From Myxococcaceae bacterium (lineage in GTDB: Bacteria > Myxococcota_A > Polyangia > Polyangiales > Ga0077539): DNA of 64,000 bases. Numbering within the stretch: position 1 is the first letter of the stretch; every line of letters begins with the position of its first letter. Location: positions 9,550 to 73,549 of the forward strand of contig SCUS01000031.1 in assembly GCA_004297725.1 (NCBI GenBank), given 5' to 3'. Below are positions 17,035-28,252 of the stretch, piece after piece. Made by a program: the position numbers and the translations under genes. The notes beneath the pieces were generated by a model. It made no database searches. It was given only the letters and a program-made list of their open reading frames with translations, and was not told the DNA's origin.

Positions 17035-18501
17035 TTAGTGCGGGAAGACGCCCTTGACGTAGAGGCCGACGCCCACCCCGACCAGCAGCAGCGCGGCCAC
17101 GACCGCCAGCAGCGCCGCCGGGAACTTCTTCCCCTCCGTCGCCGCCTGGGGAGGCTGGCCGAGGGGGGCGTACGACTGGCTTCTCACCAGCGAGGTGGGC
17201 TGCGGGGGCTTCGGCGTGGGGGGGCGATCGGAGACGGGCGCGTCCGGTGCGTCGCCCTCGAGCTCGTCGGCGAGGTTGCCCGGCGGCGTGGAGACGGCGG
17301 CCGAGACGCCGTCCAGGGGAGACTCCCAGGCGATGCCCGTGCGGCTCGGGCGGCCGTCGTCCAGGAGGTCGCTGGCCCACTCGCCGACGTTCTCGAAGTC
17401 CCCGGCGTCGAGCGGCCGAGCGCCCTCGGCGTTGGGGTTGGAGCCCGCGGTGCCGGTCTTCGCGGCGGGCGACGGGCTGTGCGGGTCGTCGAGGGAGGTG
17501 AAGCGCAGCAGCTCTTCCTGGATGAGCTGGTCGATGACCGAGCCGTCCTTGCGGGTGAGCGTGGCGGCGCCCTTGCGCTCGGCGACGGCCTCGTTGACGA
17601 CGCGCGCCAGGTCCTGCGCGCCGACGCGCATCTTGTTGCCGAAGATGAAGTTGAGCAGCTCGTCGCTGAAGGCGGCGGCGTCGGCGTAGCGGACGCGCTT
17701 GTCCTTCGCGAGGGCCACCGCGAGGATGTTCTCCAGTTCCTCGGGCACCGCGGGGTTGATGGACCGCAGCGACGGCACCACGGCCTGCTGCACCATCTTC
17801 ACGGTCTGGTAGTCGGTCTCGCCCTGGAAGAGCTTCCGCCCGGCGAGCATCTCCCAGAGCATGATCCCGACGGCGAAGATGTCGGCCTGGGCGTCGGCCT
17901 CCTGGCCCATGGCCGTCTCCGGGGCGAGGTAGCTGAACTTCCCCTTCACCACCCCGGGCTCGGTCTTCTCGACGGAGTGCGCGGCCTTGGCGAGGCCGAA
18001 GTCCACGATCTTCACCTCGCCCTGCCGGGAGATCAGCACGTTGGGGGGCGAGATGTCCCGGTGGACGATGTGCAGGTCTTGATTGTCCGAGTCGTGCAGG
18101 TGGTGCGCGTACTGGAGCCCCTCGCAGACCTTGATGGCGATGTGGCAGGCGAGGGCCATCGGGAAGGCCTGGCGCTTGTTGCGGAGGTTCTCGATGAGGT
18201 GCTTGAGGTTCACCCCGTCGATGAACTCCATCACGATGAAGTAGGTGTTCTCGACGCGGCCGATGTCGAACACCTGCACGATGTTGGCGTGCGAGAGCCT
18301 CGCGCTCAGCCGGGCCTCGTCGAGGAACATCCGGATGAACTTCTCGTTCGACGCCAGGTGCGGCAGGACGCGCTTGATGGCGACCTGCTTCTTGAAGCCC
18401 GCGACGCTGGTGGCCTCGCCCCGGAACACCTCCGCCATGCCGCCGGACTCGAGGCGTTCGGTGACTCGATAGCTGCTCTGCGCCCGTGCTTCGGAGGCCA
18501 T
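17035..18501 (-). CDS. Hanks-type Ser/Thr protein kinase with a C-terminal TM anchor
   Basis: GGMAEVFRG...AIKRV (Gly loop and Lys), HRDISPPNVLI, DFGLAKA, APE. C-terminal hydrophobic segment AALLAVVAALLLVGVGVGLYV. The ATG at 18501 is preferred over the TTG at 18543. Confidence 0.9.
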   Translation of the reverse strand: MASEARAQSSYRVTERLESGGMAEVFRGEATSVAGFKKQVAIKRVLPHLASNEKFIRMFLDEARLSARLSHANIVQVFDIGRVENTYFIVMEFIDGVNLKHLIENLRNKRQAFPMALACHIAIKVCEGLQYAHHLHDSDNQDLHIVHRDISPPNVLISRQGEVKIVDFGLAKAAHSVEKTEPGVVKGKFSYLAPETAMGQEADAQADIFAVGIMLWEMLAGRKLFQGETDYQTVKMVQQAVVPSLRSINPAVPEELENILAVALAKDKRVRYADAAAFSDELLNFIFGNKMRVGAQDLARVVNEAVAERKGAATLTRKDGSVIDQLIQEELLRFTSLDDPHSPSPAAKTGTAGSNPNAEGARPLDAGDFENVGEWASDLLDDGRPSRTGIAWESPLDGVSAAVSTPPGNLADELEGDAPDAPVSDRPPTPKPPQPTSLVRSQSYAPLGQPPQAATEGKKFPAALLAVVAALLLVGVGVGLYVKGVFPH

Positions 18502-18562
18502 GGAAGGGGTTTGGACTCGATCCTTGGAGAGGGGGGCAACCAATGGTTCTAGGGGTTGTGCA

Positions 18563-21241
<2,679 letters not shown>

Positions 21242-21409
21242 AGGGCGGAGGGGCTGTTGACGGCGGGGGCATGGCGCGTATCCTTCGCAGCCGTCGCACC
21301 TGCGGTCCTCGTCTTTGCGACGCCAACCCCCCTAACTCATAGACCGATCAACGTTCCGCTCGCGGACGAATACAAGACCCCATAAAAGGCGTTTCTGGAG
21401 AACCATCGG

Positions 21410-22309
21410 ATGTCGAACGAAGACGCGCGTAAGCTGTTTGTGGCCGGTTTGCCTGACAGCGTGACGGAGGAGGATCTGCGCGGCCTCTTCCTCGAGTCGG
21501 GAGCACAGTCTGCGGAGCTCACGCTGCCCCGCGATCGGATGTCGGGGCGCCCGCGTGGGTTCGCCTTCGTCCGGCTGGGTAGCGAAGAGGAGGCCGATCG
21601 TGCCCGCTCGGTGCTCGACGGTCGCATCGTCGATGGCCGCACCATCTCGGTGCGTCCCTTCCAGGCCGAGCCCCCGGCGCGCGGCGAGCGTCCGATGGGC
21701 GCCGGCATGGGCGCCCCGATGGGCGGTGGCTACGGGGCTCCTCGGGAAGATCGCCCGCGGCGCGAGATGGCCGGTGGTCCGGCGCCTGACCGCACGCTCT
21801 ACGTGGGCAACCTCCCGTACGACGCGACGCAGGAGGAGATCGAGGTGCTGCTCAACGAACTCGGGGCCGGCCCCGTGGCGCGAGTGCACCTGCCCCTCGA
21901 CCAGGACGGCCGCAAGCGCGGCTTCGGCTTCGTGACGCTCGCGACCGCCGAGGCCGCCAACGCCGCCATCGACCAGCTCAAGAACGCCGAGCTCCGCAGC
22001 CGTCGGCTGATCATCAACCTGGCGCACCCGAAGGGCACCCCCGGGGCCCCGATGGGCGCCGGCGGCCCTGGCGGCTTCACCGGCACGGGCGGCGATCGTC
22101 CGCCCCCGCGCACCTTCGGCGGCGCGCCGGGCAGCAACTTCGGTCCTCCGTCGCCTCCTGGCGGCCGCGTGGGCCTCGCCAACCAGCGCAAGCGCAAGGA
22201 GGGCGAAGGCGACGGCCGCGGCCGTCCGGGTGCCGCGGGCGCGACGGCGGGCGCGAGCGGTCGGCGTGACCGCGAGGAGAAGAGCTGGCGCGACGACGAC
22301 GAAGACTGA
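21410..22309 (+). CDS. RNA-binding protein with two RRM domains and a Gly/Pro-rich tail
   Basis: RNP2/RNP1 pairs KLFVAGL...RGFAFVRL and TLYVGNL...RGFGFVTL. The C-terminal part is Gly/Pro/Arg-rich and ends with an acidic WRDDDED. Confidence 0.85.
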   Translation: MSNEDARKLFVAGLPDSVTEEDLRGLFLESGAQSAELTLPRDRMSGRPRGFAFVRLGSEEEADRARSVLDGRIVDGRTISVRPFQAEPPARGERPMGAGMGAPMGGGYGAPREDRPRREMAGGPAPDRTLYVGNLPYDATQEEIEVLLNELGAGPVARVHLPLDQDGRKRGFGFVTLATAEAANAAIDQLKNAELRSRRLIINLAHPKGTPGAPMGAGGPGGFTGTGGDRPPPRTFGGAPGSNFGPPSPPGGRVGLANQRKRKEGEGDGRGRPGAAGATAGASGRRDREEKSWRDDDED

Positions 22310-22336
22310 GAGCGGGTCTGTGCTAGGGGACACGGG

Positions 22337-23152
22337 ATGTCCTCCTGGCTCGATCGCCTCGATCGCCGCTTCGGGCGCTACGTTCCCCCGAATCTCACCC
22401 TCGCCCTCATCGGCCTCCAGGGGCTGAGCTGGTTCCTCGATCAGCTCCGCCCCGGCTTCCTCGATTACATCTCCCTCGACGCCGCGAAGGTCGCCCAGGG
22501 CCAGGTGTGGCGGCTGCTGACCTTCGTCGCGCTACCTCCCACCTCCACGCCCATCTTCCTCGCGCTCGCCCTCTGGTGGACCCACATGATGGGCACCTTC
22601 CTCGAGCGCGAGTGGGGCGGCGTGCGCTACCTCGCGTACTGGTTCGTGGGCATCGTCGGCACCGCGGCCCTCTCGCTGGGCCTCGGGGTCCCGGCGACCA
22701 ACGAGTACCTGCTGCTCTCGCTGCTGCTAGCCGTCGCCACCCTCGACCCTGACCGGCAGGTGATGCTGCTGGTGATCCCCATGCGGCTGAAGTGGCTCGC
22801 GTACGTGGAGGTCGCGCTGCTCGCGTGGCGCTCCGCGACGCTGCCCGGCGCGAGCAAGGTCTTCCCCCTGGTGGCCCTCAGCAACTACCTGCTCTTCTTC
22901 GGGCCGGGGCTCTGGCAGGCGCTGCGCACGAGGCAGCGCAAGGCCACCCAGGTGGTCGAGGCGCACCGCGCGGCGCAGGAGCCCGCGGTGACGAGGCAGC
23001 GCGTGTGCGCGACCTGCGGCGTCACCGACGACGACCGCGCGGTGGAGTTTCGCGTGTGCACCTGCGAGCGCTGCGGCAAGCCCACCAACTTCTGCCTCCC
23101 CCACGTGCGGGAGCACCTCGCGGCAGCCGCCGCTCCCGCCGAGCCGACGTAG
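22337..23152 (+). CDS. rhomboid-like polytopic membrane protein with a C-terminal zinc-ribbon
   Basis: GQVWRLLTFVAL and WWTHMMGTFLEREWGGVRYLAYW resemble rhomboid TM1-TM2 motifs. I cannot find a GxSG catalytic motif. C-terminal CATCG...CTCERCG. Confidence 0.55.
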   Translation: MSSWLDRLDRRFGRYVPPNLTLALIGLQGLSWFLDQLRPGFLDYISLDAAKVAQGQVWRLLTFVALPPTSTPIFLALALWWTHMMGTFLEREWGGVRYLAYWFVGIVGTAALSLGLGVPATNEYLLLSLLLAVATLDPDRQVMLLVIPMRLKWLAYVEVALLAWRSATLPGASKVFPLVALSNYLLFFGPGLWQALRTRQRKATQVVEAHRAAQEPAVTRQRVCATCGVTDDDRAVEFRVCTCERCGKPTNFCLPHVREHLAAAAAPAEPT

Positions 23153-23202
23153 GCTCCGAACATCTGGTGACGCCGGAGGGTGGGAGTACCATCCGGGGTC
23201 GC

Positions 23203-24654
23203 ATGATCCCCGACGACACAGGCTCCTTCCTTCGCGGCGGCTGGGTACCGGTCGAGGCGCCCGACGGGGTGCTCACCCGCGCCGCGCCCGCCGACCTCGA
23301 CGACGCGCTGCCGCCCTACGCCTTCTCGCTCTCCCACGTCGACGACGCCGTCGCCTCCGCCCGCGCCGCGCAGCCCGCGTGGGACGCCCTCGGCCTCGAC
23401 GCGCGCATCGGCTTCCTCACCCGCCTGCGCGACGCCATCGCGCAGCACGAGAACGCCCTCGCCCTGGCCATCTCCCGGGAGATGGGGAAGGTCATCCGCG
23501 AGGCCCGCGCGGAGGTGAAGGCCATGATCGCCAAGGTCGACATCACCCTGGGCGAGGGCCTCGGCCTGGTGCGCGACGCCACCCTCGACGCGCGCTTCTC
23601 CTGGCGCTGGCGGCCGCACGGCGTGCTGGCGGTGCTGGGGCCCTTCAACTTCCCGCTGCACCTGCCGCACGGGCACATCGTCCCGGCGCTGCTCATGGGC
23701 AACACGGTGGTGTTCAAGCCGAGCGAGATCACGCCCGGATGCGCGGCGGTCTATGCGCGGGTGGTCGAGTCCGTGGGCTTCCCGAGCGGGGTGTTCAACC
23801 TGGTGCAGGGGGACGGCATCGTGGGCGCCGCGCTCGGAGGGCACCAGGGCGTCGACGGGGTGCTCTTCACCGGGTCGTACGGCGTCGGAGAGAAGCTGCG
23901 GCGGGTCAACGTGAGCACGCCAGGGCGCATCCTCGCGCTCGAGCTCGGGGGGAAGAACGCCGCCGTGGTGCTCGACGACGCGCCCTTCGAGAAGGCCGCC
24001 GAGGACGTGGTGGTGAGCGCGTTCAGCACCAGCGGGCAGCGGTGCAGCTGCGCGTCGCGGCTCGTCGTCACCCGCGGCATCGCCGATCGCTTCATCGAGG
24101 AGGTCGCTCGCCGCGCGGCGGCGCTGGTGGTGGGGCACCCGCTCGATCCGGCGGCGTTCTGCGGGCCGCTGGCGTCGCCGAGGGCGCTGGAGAAGTTCGA
24201 GGCGCTGCAGCGGCTCGCCGAGGAGGAGGGGGCGCACGCCGTCATCGCCCCGGCGGAGGCGGCGGTGAGCTGGGAGGGCAGGGCGCACCGGGGGTGCTAC
24301 GCGATGCCGCGGGTCCGGCGGGTGGAGCGCCGGGAGAAGCGCAGCGCGTATCAGCGGGAGGAGGCGTTCGGTCCCGACCTCGCGGTGTACGTGGTCGATG
24401 ACCTCGAGGAGGCCATCGAGGTCGCCAACGACACCGACTACGGGCTCACCGCGGGCGTGTGGACCGCGAGCGAGGCGTCCTTCGAGCACGCCGCCAGGGC
24501 GCTGCGCGTGGGCGGCCTGAGCTGGAACGCTCCGACCGTGGGCGCGTCGAGCAGGCTGCCCTTCGGGGGTGTGAAGAACAGCGGCAACCACCGGCCCGCG
24601 GGGGCGTTCTCGACGCTGTACTGCGCCTACCCGATGGCGGTCACGAAGGGGTAG
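23203..24654 (+). CDS. NAD-dependent aldehyde dehydrogenase (AstD/succinylglutamate-semialdehyde dehydrogenase-like)
   Basis: FKPSEITPG, LELGGKNAAVV, SGQRCSCASR (catalytic Cys). EMGKVIREARAEVKAMIAKVDITL resembles AstD. The upstream part of the 620-aa track ORF is Arg-rich junk overlapping the previous gene. Confidence 0.88.
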   Translation: MIPDDTGSFLRGGWVPVEAPDGVLTRAAPADLDDALPPYAFSLSHVDDAVASARAAQPAWDALGLDARIGFLTRLRDAIAQHENALALAISREMGKVIREARAEVKAMIAKVDITLGEGLGLVRDATLDARFSWRWRPHGVLAVLGPFNFPLHLPHGHIVPALLMGNTVVFKPSEITPGCAAVYARVVESVGFPSGVFNLVQGDGIVGAALGGHQGVDGVLFTGSYGVGEKLRRVNVSTPGRILALELGGKNAAVVLDDAPFEKAAEDVVVSAFSTSGQRCSCASRLVVTRGIADRFIEEVARRAAALVVGHPLDPAAFCGPLASPRALEKFEALQRLAEEEGAHAVIAPAEAAVSWEGRAHRGCYAMPRVRRVERREKRSAYQREEAFGPDLAVYVVDDLEEAIEVANDTDYGLTAGVWTASEASFEHAARALRVGGLSWNAPTVGASSRLPFGGVKNSGNHRPAGAFSTLYCAYPMAVTKG

Positions 24655-25348
24655 CGCGAGGGGGCTTCTTCCTCGCCGCCGCCTTCGGCTTCGTGAGCCC
24701 GCGGGACTCCGCCGCGATGCGCGCCTTCGAGGCCGCCCAGGAGCAGATCGGACACTTCGTGAGGTCGTGCCGCAGCGCCGGGCAGTGCGAGCGGCCGAAG
24801 TAGATGATCTGCAGGTGGAGCTTGTTCCAGGAGGAGTGGGCGAAGACGCGCTTGAGGTCGGCGGAGACCTCGTCGGGGGTGCGCCCCTTCGAGAGCCCCC
24901 AGCGGTGCGCGAGCCGGAGGATGTGCGTGTCCACCGGGAAGGTCTCCTCCCCGAAGGCCTGACCCATCACCACGCTGGCGGTCTTGTTGCCGACCCCGGG
25001 AAGCGCCACCAGCGCCTCGAAGCTCGCCGGCACCTCGCCCCCGTGCTCGTCGCAGAGGATCTCCGCCATGCGACGCAGCGCCTTCGCCTTGGTCCCGGCG
25101 AAGTTCACCTGGCGGATGAGCGCGTGGATCTCCTCCACGGAGAGCTCCCTCATCGCCTGCGGGGTGGGCGCCCGGGCGAAGAGCGCGGGGGTCACCTGGT
25201 TGACCTTCTTGTCCGTGGTCTGCGCCGAGAGCGCGACCGCCACCAGCAGCGTGAACGGGTCGACGTGGTCGAGCGGTATCGGCGGCGCGGGGTGGAGCTC
25301 GTCGAGGATCGCCTCGATGCGTCGGGCCTTGTCGGAGAGGGCGCTCAT
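24641..25348 (-). CDS. nth: endonuclease III (DNA glycosylase/AP lyase)
   Basis: HhH-GPD motif LVALPGVGNKTASVV, VDTHILR, and the [4Fe-4S] cluster C..ALRHDLTKCPIC. Basic C-terminal tail. Confidence 0.92.
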   Translation of the reverse strand: MSALSDKARRIEAILDELHPAPPIPLDHVDPFTLLVAVALSAQTTDKKVNQVTPALFARAPTPQAMRELSVEEIHALIRQVNFAGTKAKALRRMAEILCDEHGGEVPASFEALVALPGVGNKTASVVMGQAFGEETFPVDTHILRLAHRWGLSKGRTPDEVSADLKRVFAHSSWNKLHLQIIYFGRSHCPALRHDLTKCPICSWAASKARIAAESRGLTKPKAAARKKPPRATPS

Positions 25349-25352
25349 CGGC

Positions 25353-26966
25353 TCAGGGGTCGCGTGGGGGCGGGCGGTCGGAGACCACGCGCAGCCCCGG
25401 TCGCACGGAGGCCCGGCGCTCGGGGCGGGTGAGGTCGTCGTGCAGGCCCGGCCGCGGCGAGGGCCGATCGCTGCGGGCGTGGCAGGTGGCCGCGTCGTCG
25501 TGGGTCCAGGCGAGGTCGAGGGCGGCGAGGGCGGCGTCGAGGGCGGCCATGTCCGGGAAGCGGTCGGCGGGCGCGGAGGCGAGGCAGCGGAGCACCACGG
25601 CGTCGAGGGCAGGAGAGACCGCCGGGGCGCGAGACGAGGGCGGGTCGGGCGTGGAGCCGCTCACGGCCCCGACGAGCGCGAGGCCCGTGAGACCCTCGAA
25701 GGGGCGGGTGCCGGTGAGCAGGAAGTAGAGCGTGGCGCCGAGGCCGTAGAGGTCGCCGCGCGCGTCGGAGTCGTCGCCGAGAAGGGACTCCGGGGCGATG
25801 AAGTGGGGCGTGCCGATGGCGTCGCCGATCGCGGTGAGCCGGGGCTCCGGGGCGTCCACCCGGCGGGCGATGCCGAAGTCGATCACCGTGAGGTGGTCGC
25901 CCCGCTCGCCCAGGCTCAGGAAGAGGTTGGAGGGCTTCACGTCGCGGTGCACGATGCCCGCGCGGTGGGCCTCGCCCAGGGAGCTGCACGCCTGCCGGGC
26001 GAGGTGCACCGCCCTCGCCGGGGGCATCGGTCCCCCTTCGCGCACCAGGCGCTCGAGGTCGATGCCCACCAGGCGCTCCATCGCCAGGAAGCGGACGCCG
26101 TCGTCGCTGGCGCCGAAGTCCAGCACCCGAACCGTATGCGGCGAGGAGAGCGCCCGCAGCGCCTCGGCCTCGCGCTCGAAGCGCCGGGCGACCGCCTCGG
26201 AGGGACGGTCGTGCAGTATCTTCAGCGCCACGTCCCGCTCGCGGGCGTCGTCCCAGGCGAGCCACACCTCGTTCATCCCGCCCGCGCCGAGGCGCGCCTG
26301 AAGCCGGTAGCCCGCGAGCCGGCGGGCCTCGCGCAGCTCGCGACGGAGCGTGGCGATCTCCCGCGTGGCCTCCATGCCGGCGACGTAGGTGAGCGCGAGG
26401 AAGAGCCACTGGCCCAGGTAGAGGGTGAGCGCCGCGTCGTCGGACCACTGCAGCGCGATGGCCGGGTGGGTGCGAGAGGCCGCGGCGAGGAGCGCGGTCC
26501 AGGTGACGAACCACGAGGCGAAGAGTGCGAAGAGGCGAGAGCGGCGGAGGTCCGCGACCAGCGGCGCGGCCATCGCGAAGGACACCAGCTGCAGGACATA
26601 GGGGCTGGTGAGCCCGCCGAACTCGATGGCGGGAATGGCCATGAGGGCGACGGTGACGACGGTGTAGAGCAGCGCGAGGAAGCCCACGATCGGCACCGGG
26701 AGGCGCCTGGTGCGGGCGAGCCACGAGACCAGGGGCTGCAACGGGACGCCGAGCGCGCGGCTGAGGAGCACCACGGGCCACGAGCTCCCGGGCCAGATGA
26801 CCCACAGGGCGAAGGCGTCGAAGACGAAGCCCACGCACCAGGCCCAGCGCTCCCAGCCCAGCGAGCCCATGTGGGCGGCGAGGGCCGCGAGCTCGTCCTC
26901 CGAGGCGATCGCCGCGAGGAGGCCGGATGGGGCGCTTCGGGATGGGGGGGCTTCCGCTCGGGGCAT
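25353..26966 (-). CDS. membrane-anchored Hanks-type Ser/Thr protein kinase
   Basis: N-terminal multi-TM region, then GAGGMNEVW...ALKIL, HRDVKPSNLFL, DFGIARR, APE. Confidence 0.88.
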   Translation of the reverse strand: MPRAEAPPSRSAPSGLLAAIASEDELAALAAHMGSLGWERWAWCVGFVFDAFALWVIWPGSSWPVVLLSRALGVPLQPLVSWLARTRRLPVPIVGFLALLYTVVTVALMAIPAIEFGGLTSPYVLQLVSFAMAAPLVADLRRSRLFALFASWFVTWTALLAAASRTHPAIALQWSDDAALTLYLGQWLFLALTYVAGMEATREIATLRRELREARRLAGYRLQARLGAGGMNEVWLAWDDARERDVALKILHDRPSEAVARRFEREAEALRALSSPHTVRVLDFGASDDGVRFLAMERLVGIDLERLVREGGPMPPARAVHLARQACSSLGEAHRAGIVHRDVKPSNLFLSLGERGDHLTVIDFGIARRVDAPEPRLTAIGDAIGTPHFIAPESLLGDDSDARGDLYGLGATLYFLLTGTRPFEGLTGLALVGAVSGSTPDPPSSRAPAVSPALDAVVLRCLASAPADRFPDMAALDAALAALDLAWTHDDAATCHARSDRPSPRPGLHDDLTRPERRASVRPGLRVVSDRPPPRDP

Positions 26967-27088
26967 ATCGTGGTGCAGGCCGCGTGCACTCTAGCGCGCC
27001 TGGCCGCCGGAGCGCTGGAGCCTATCGTCTCATCGCTCCGCGGATGGAGAAGTCTACTTCGCAGGGCTCCTGCGGTAGCCTCGCGGGC

Positions 27089-27778
27089 ATGAAGGCATCC
27101 CTCGCGCTCGCGGTTGTTCTCCTCCTGGGCCTCGGCTGCGAACGCAACCGCACCTCGACCTGCGTCACGGGCGCCAGCAACCCGTGCACCTGTACCACGG
27201 GCGCCACGGGCGCCCAGACCTGCCAGGACGACGGCACCTTCGGGGCCTGCCAGTGCGCGCCTGCGCCCACGCCCGTCGTCGCTCCCGTGGCGGTGGTTGC
27301 ACCGGATGTCCCCGTGGCCGTCGCTCCCGTGGCCGTCGCTCCCGTGGCCGCGGCTCCGACCGCCCCCCGCGCTCCCTCCGCTCCCCGCGCTCCCTCCGCT
27401 CCCTCCGCCGCCGCCCCGGCGGGCGCCGCGTCGCCGGGCCTCGGGCTGCCGACCGTGGCGCTGCCCGGCGTCGTCATGCCCACCCTACCCACCCAGGGGA
27501 ACACCACGTCGACGCCTAGCCCCGCCGAGCCCCGGCCCAGCACCGCGCCCAGCGCCGAGCAGTTCAGGCAGCTCGGGCAGCTGGTGTCGCAGGGGCTCAA
27601 CCCCCAGCAGCTCCAGTCGATCACCAACGCGATCACCAGCGCCAACCGCACCGCGGCGCCCGATCACCCGACCTTCTCGCCCTCGGAGCTCACCCGGCTC
27701 TCGGAGATGGCCACGCAGGGCGGCGCCGGTCCGAGCGCGCTGCAGTCCGCCGCGCAGTCGATGCTCGGCGGCAACTGA
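27089..27778 (+). CDS. lipoprotein with an N-terminal six-Cys module and Pro/Ala repeat linker
   Basis: MKASLALAVVLLLGLGC lipobox. CVTGASNPCTCTTGATGAQTCQDDGTFGACQC module. VAPVAV/APRAPS repeats. An alternative start at 27044 is possible. Confidence 0.6.
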   Translation: MKASLALAVVLLLGLGCERNRTSTCVTGASNPCTCTTGATGAQTCQDDGTFGACQCAPAPTPVVAPVAVVAPDVPVAVAPVAVAPVAAAPTAPRAPSAPRAPSAPSAAAPAGAASPGLGLPTVALPGVVMPTLPTQGNTTSTPSPAEPRPSTAPSAEQFRQLGQLVSQGLNPQQLQSITNAITSANRTAAPDHPTFSPSELTRLSEMATQGGAGPSALQSAAQSMLGGN

Positions 27779-27862
27779 CGGGCGCTCCACGTCTAGCGCT
27801 CGGGGGCTCAGCGTCTGGCCCCCCCGGGTTGATGCGCGCTCGGTGTCCGGGCTCCCGCCCTC

Positions 27863-28252
27863 TCAGCGCTGGCGGCCGGCCAGCACGCGACCGACGTGCT
27901 CGATGACGTCCGACGTGGCGTAGGGCTTGATGAAGTAGCCCGCCACGTTGGCGTATCGGTGGCCGTGGTCGAAGTCCTCCCGCGAGCCCTTGGCCGTGAA
28001 GATGATCACCGGGATGTGCCGCAGCGCCGGGTCTTCGAGCAGGGCGTGGCAGATGTCCCAGCCGTCGATGCCGGGGAGCATCACGTCGAGCAGCACCAGG
28101 TCGGGGAGGTGCTGCCGGACGGCGGCGAGCCCGGCGTGACCGTCGTACGCGGCCAGGGCACGGTAGCCCGCCCGCACGAGGTTGTACTGGAGCAGGTCGT
28201 TGACCTCCTCCTGGTCTTCGACGACGAGGATCGTGGGCGGGCTCGCGGTCAT
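27863..28252 (-). CDS. single-domain (CheY-like) response regulator
   Basis: 129 aa. ILVVEDQ, phospho-acceptor LVLLDVMLPGIDG, IFTAKG, FIKP. The start ATG overlaps the kinase stop (ATGA). Confidence 0.88.
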   Translation of the reverse strand: MTASPPTILVVEDQEEVNDLLQYNLVRAGYRALAAYDGHAGLAAVRQHLPDLVLLDVMLPGIDGWDICHALLEDPALRHIPVIIFTAKGSREDFDHGHRYANVAGYFIKPYATSDVIEHVGRVLAGRQR

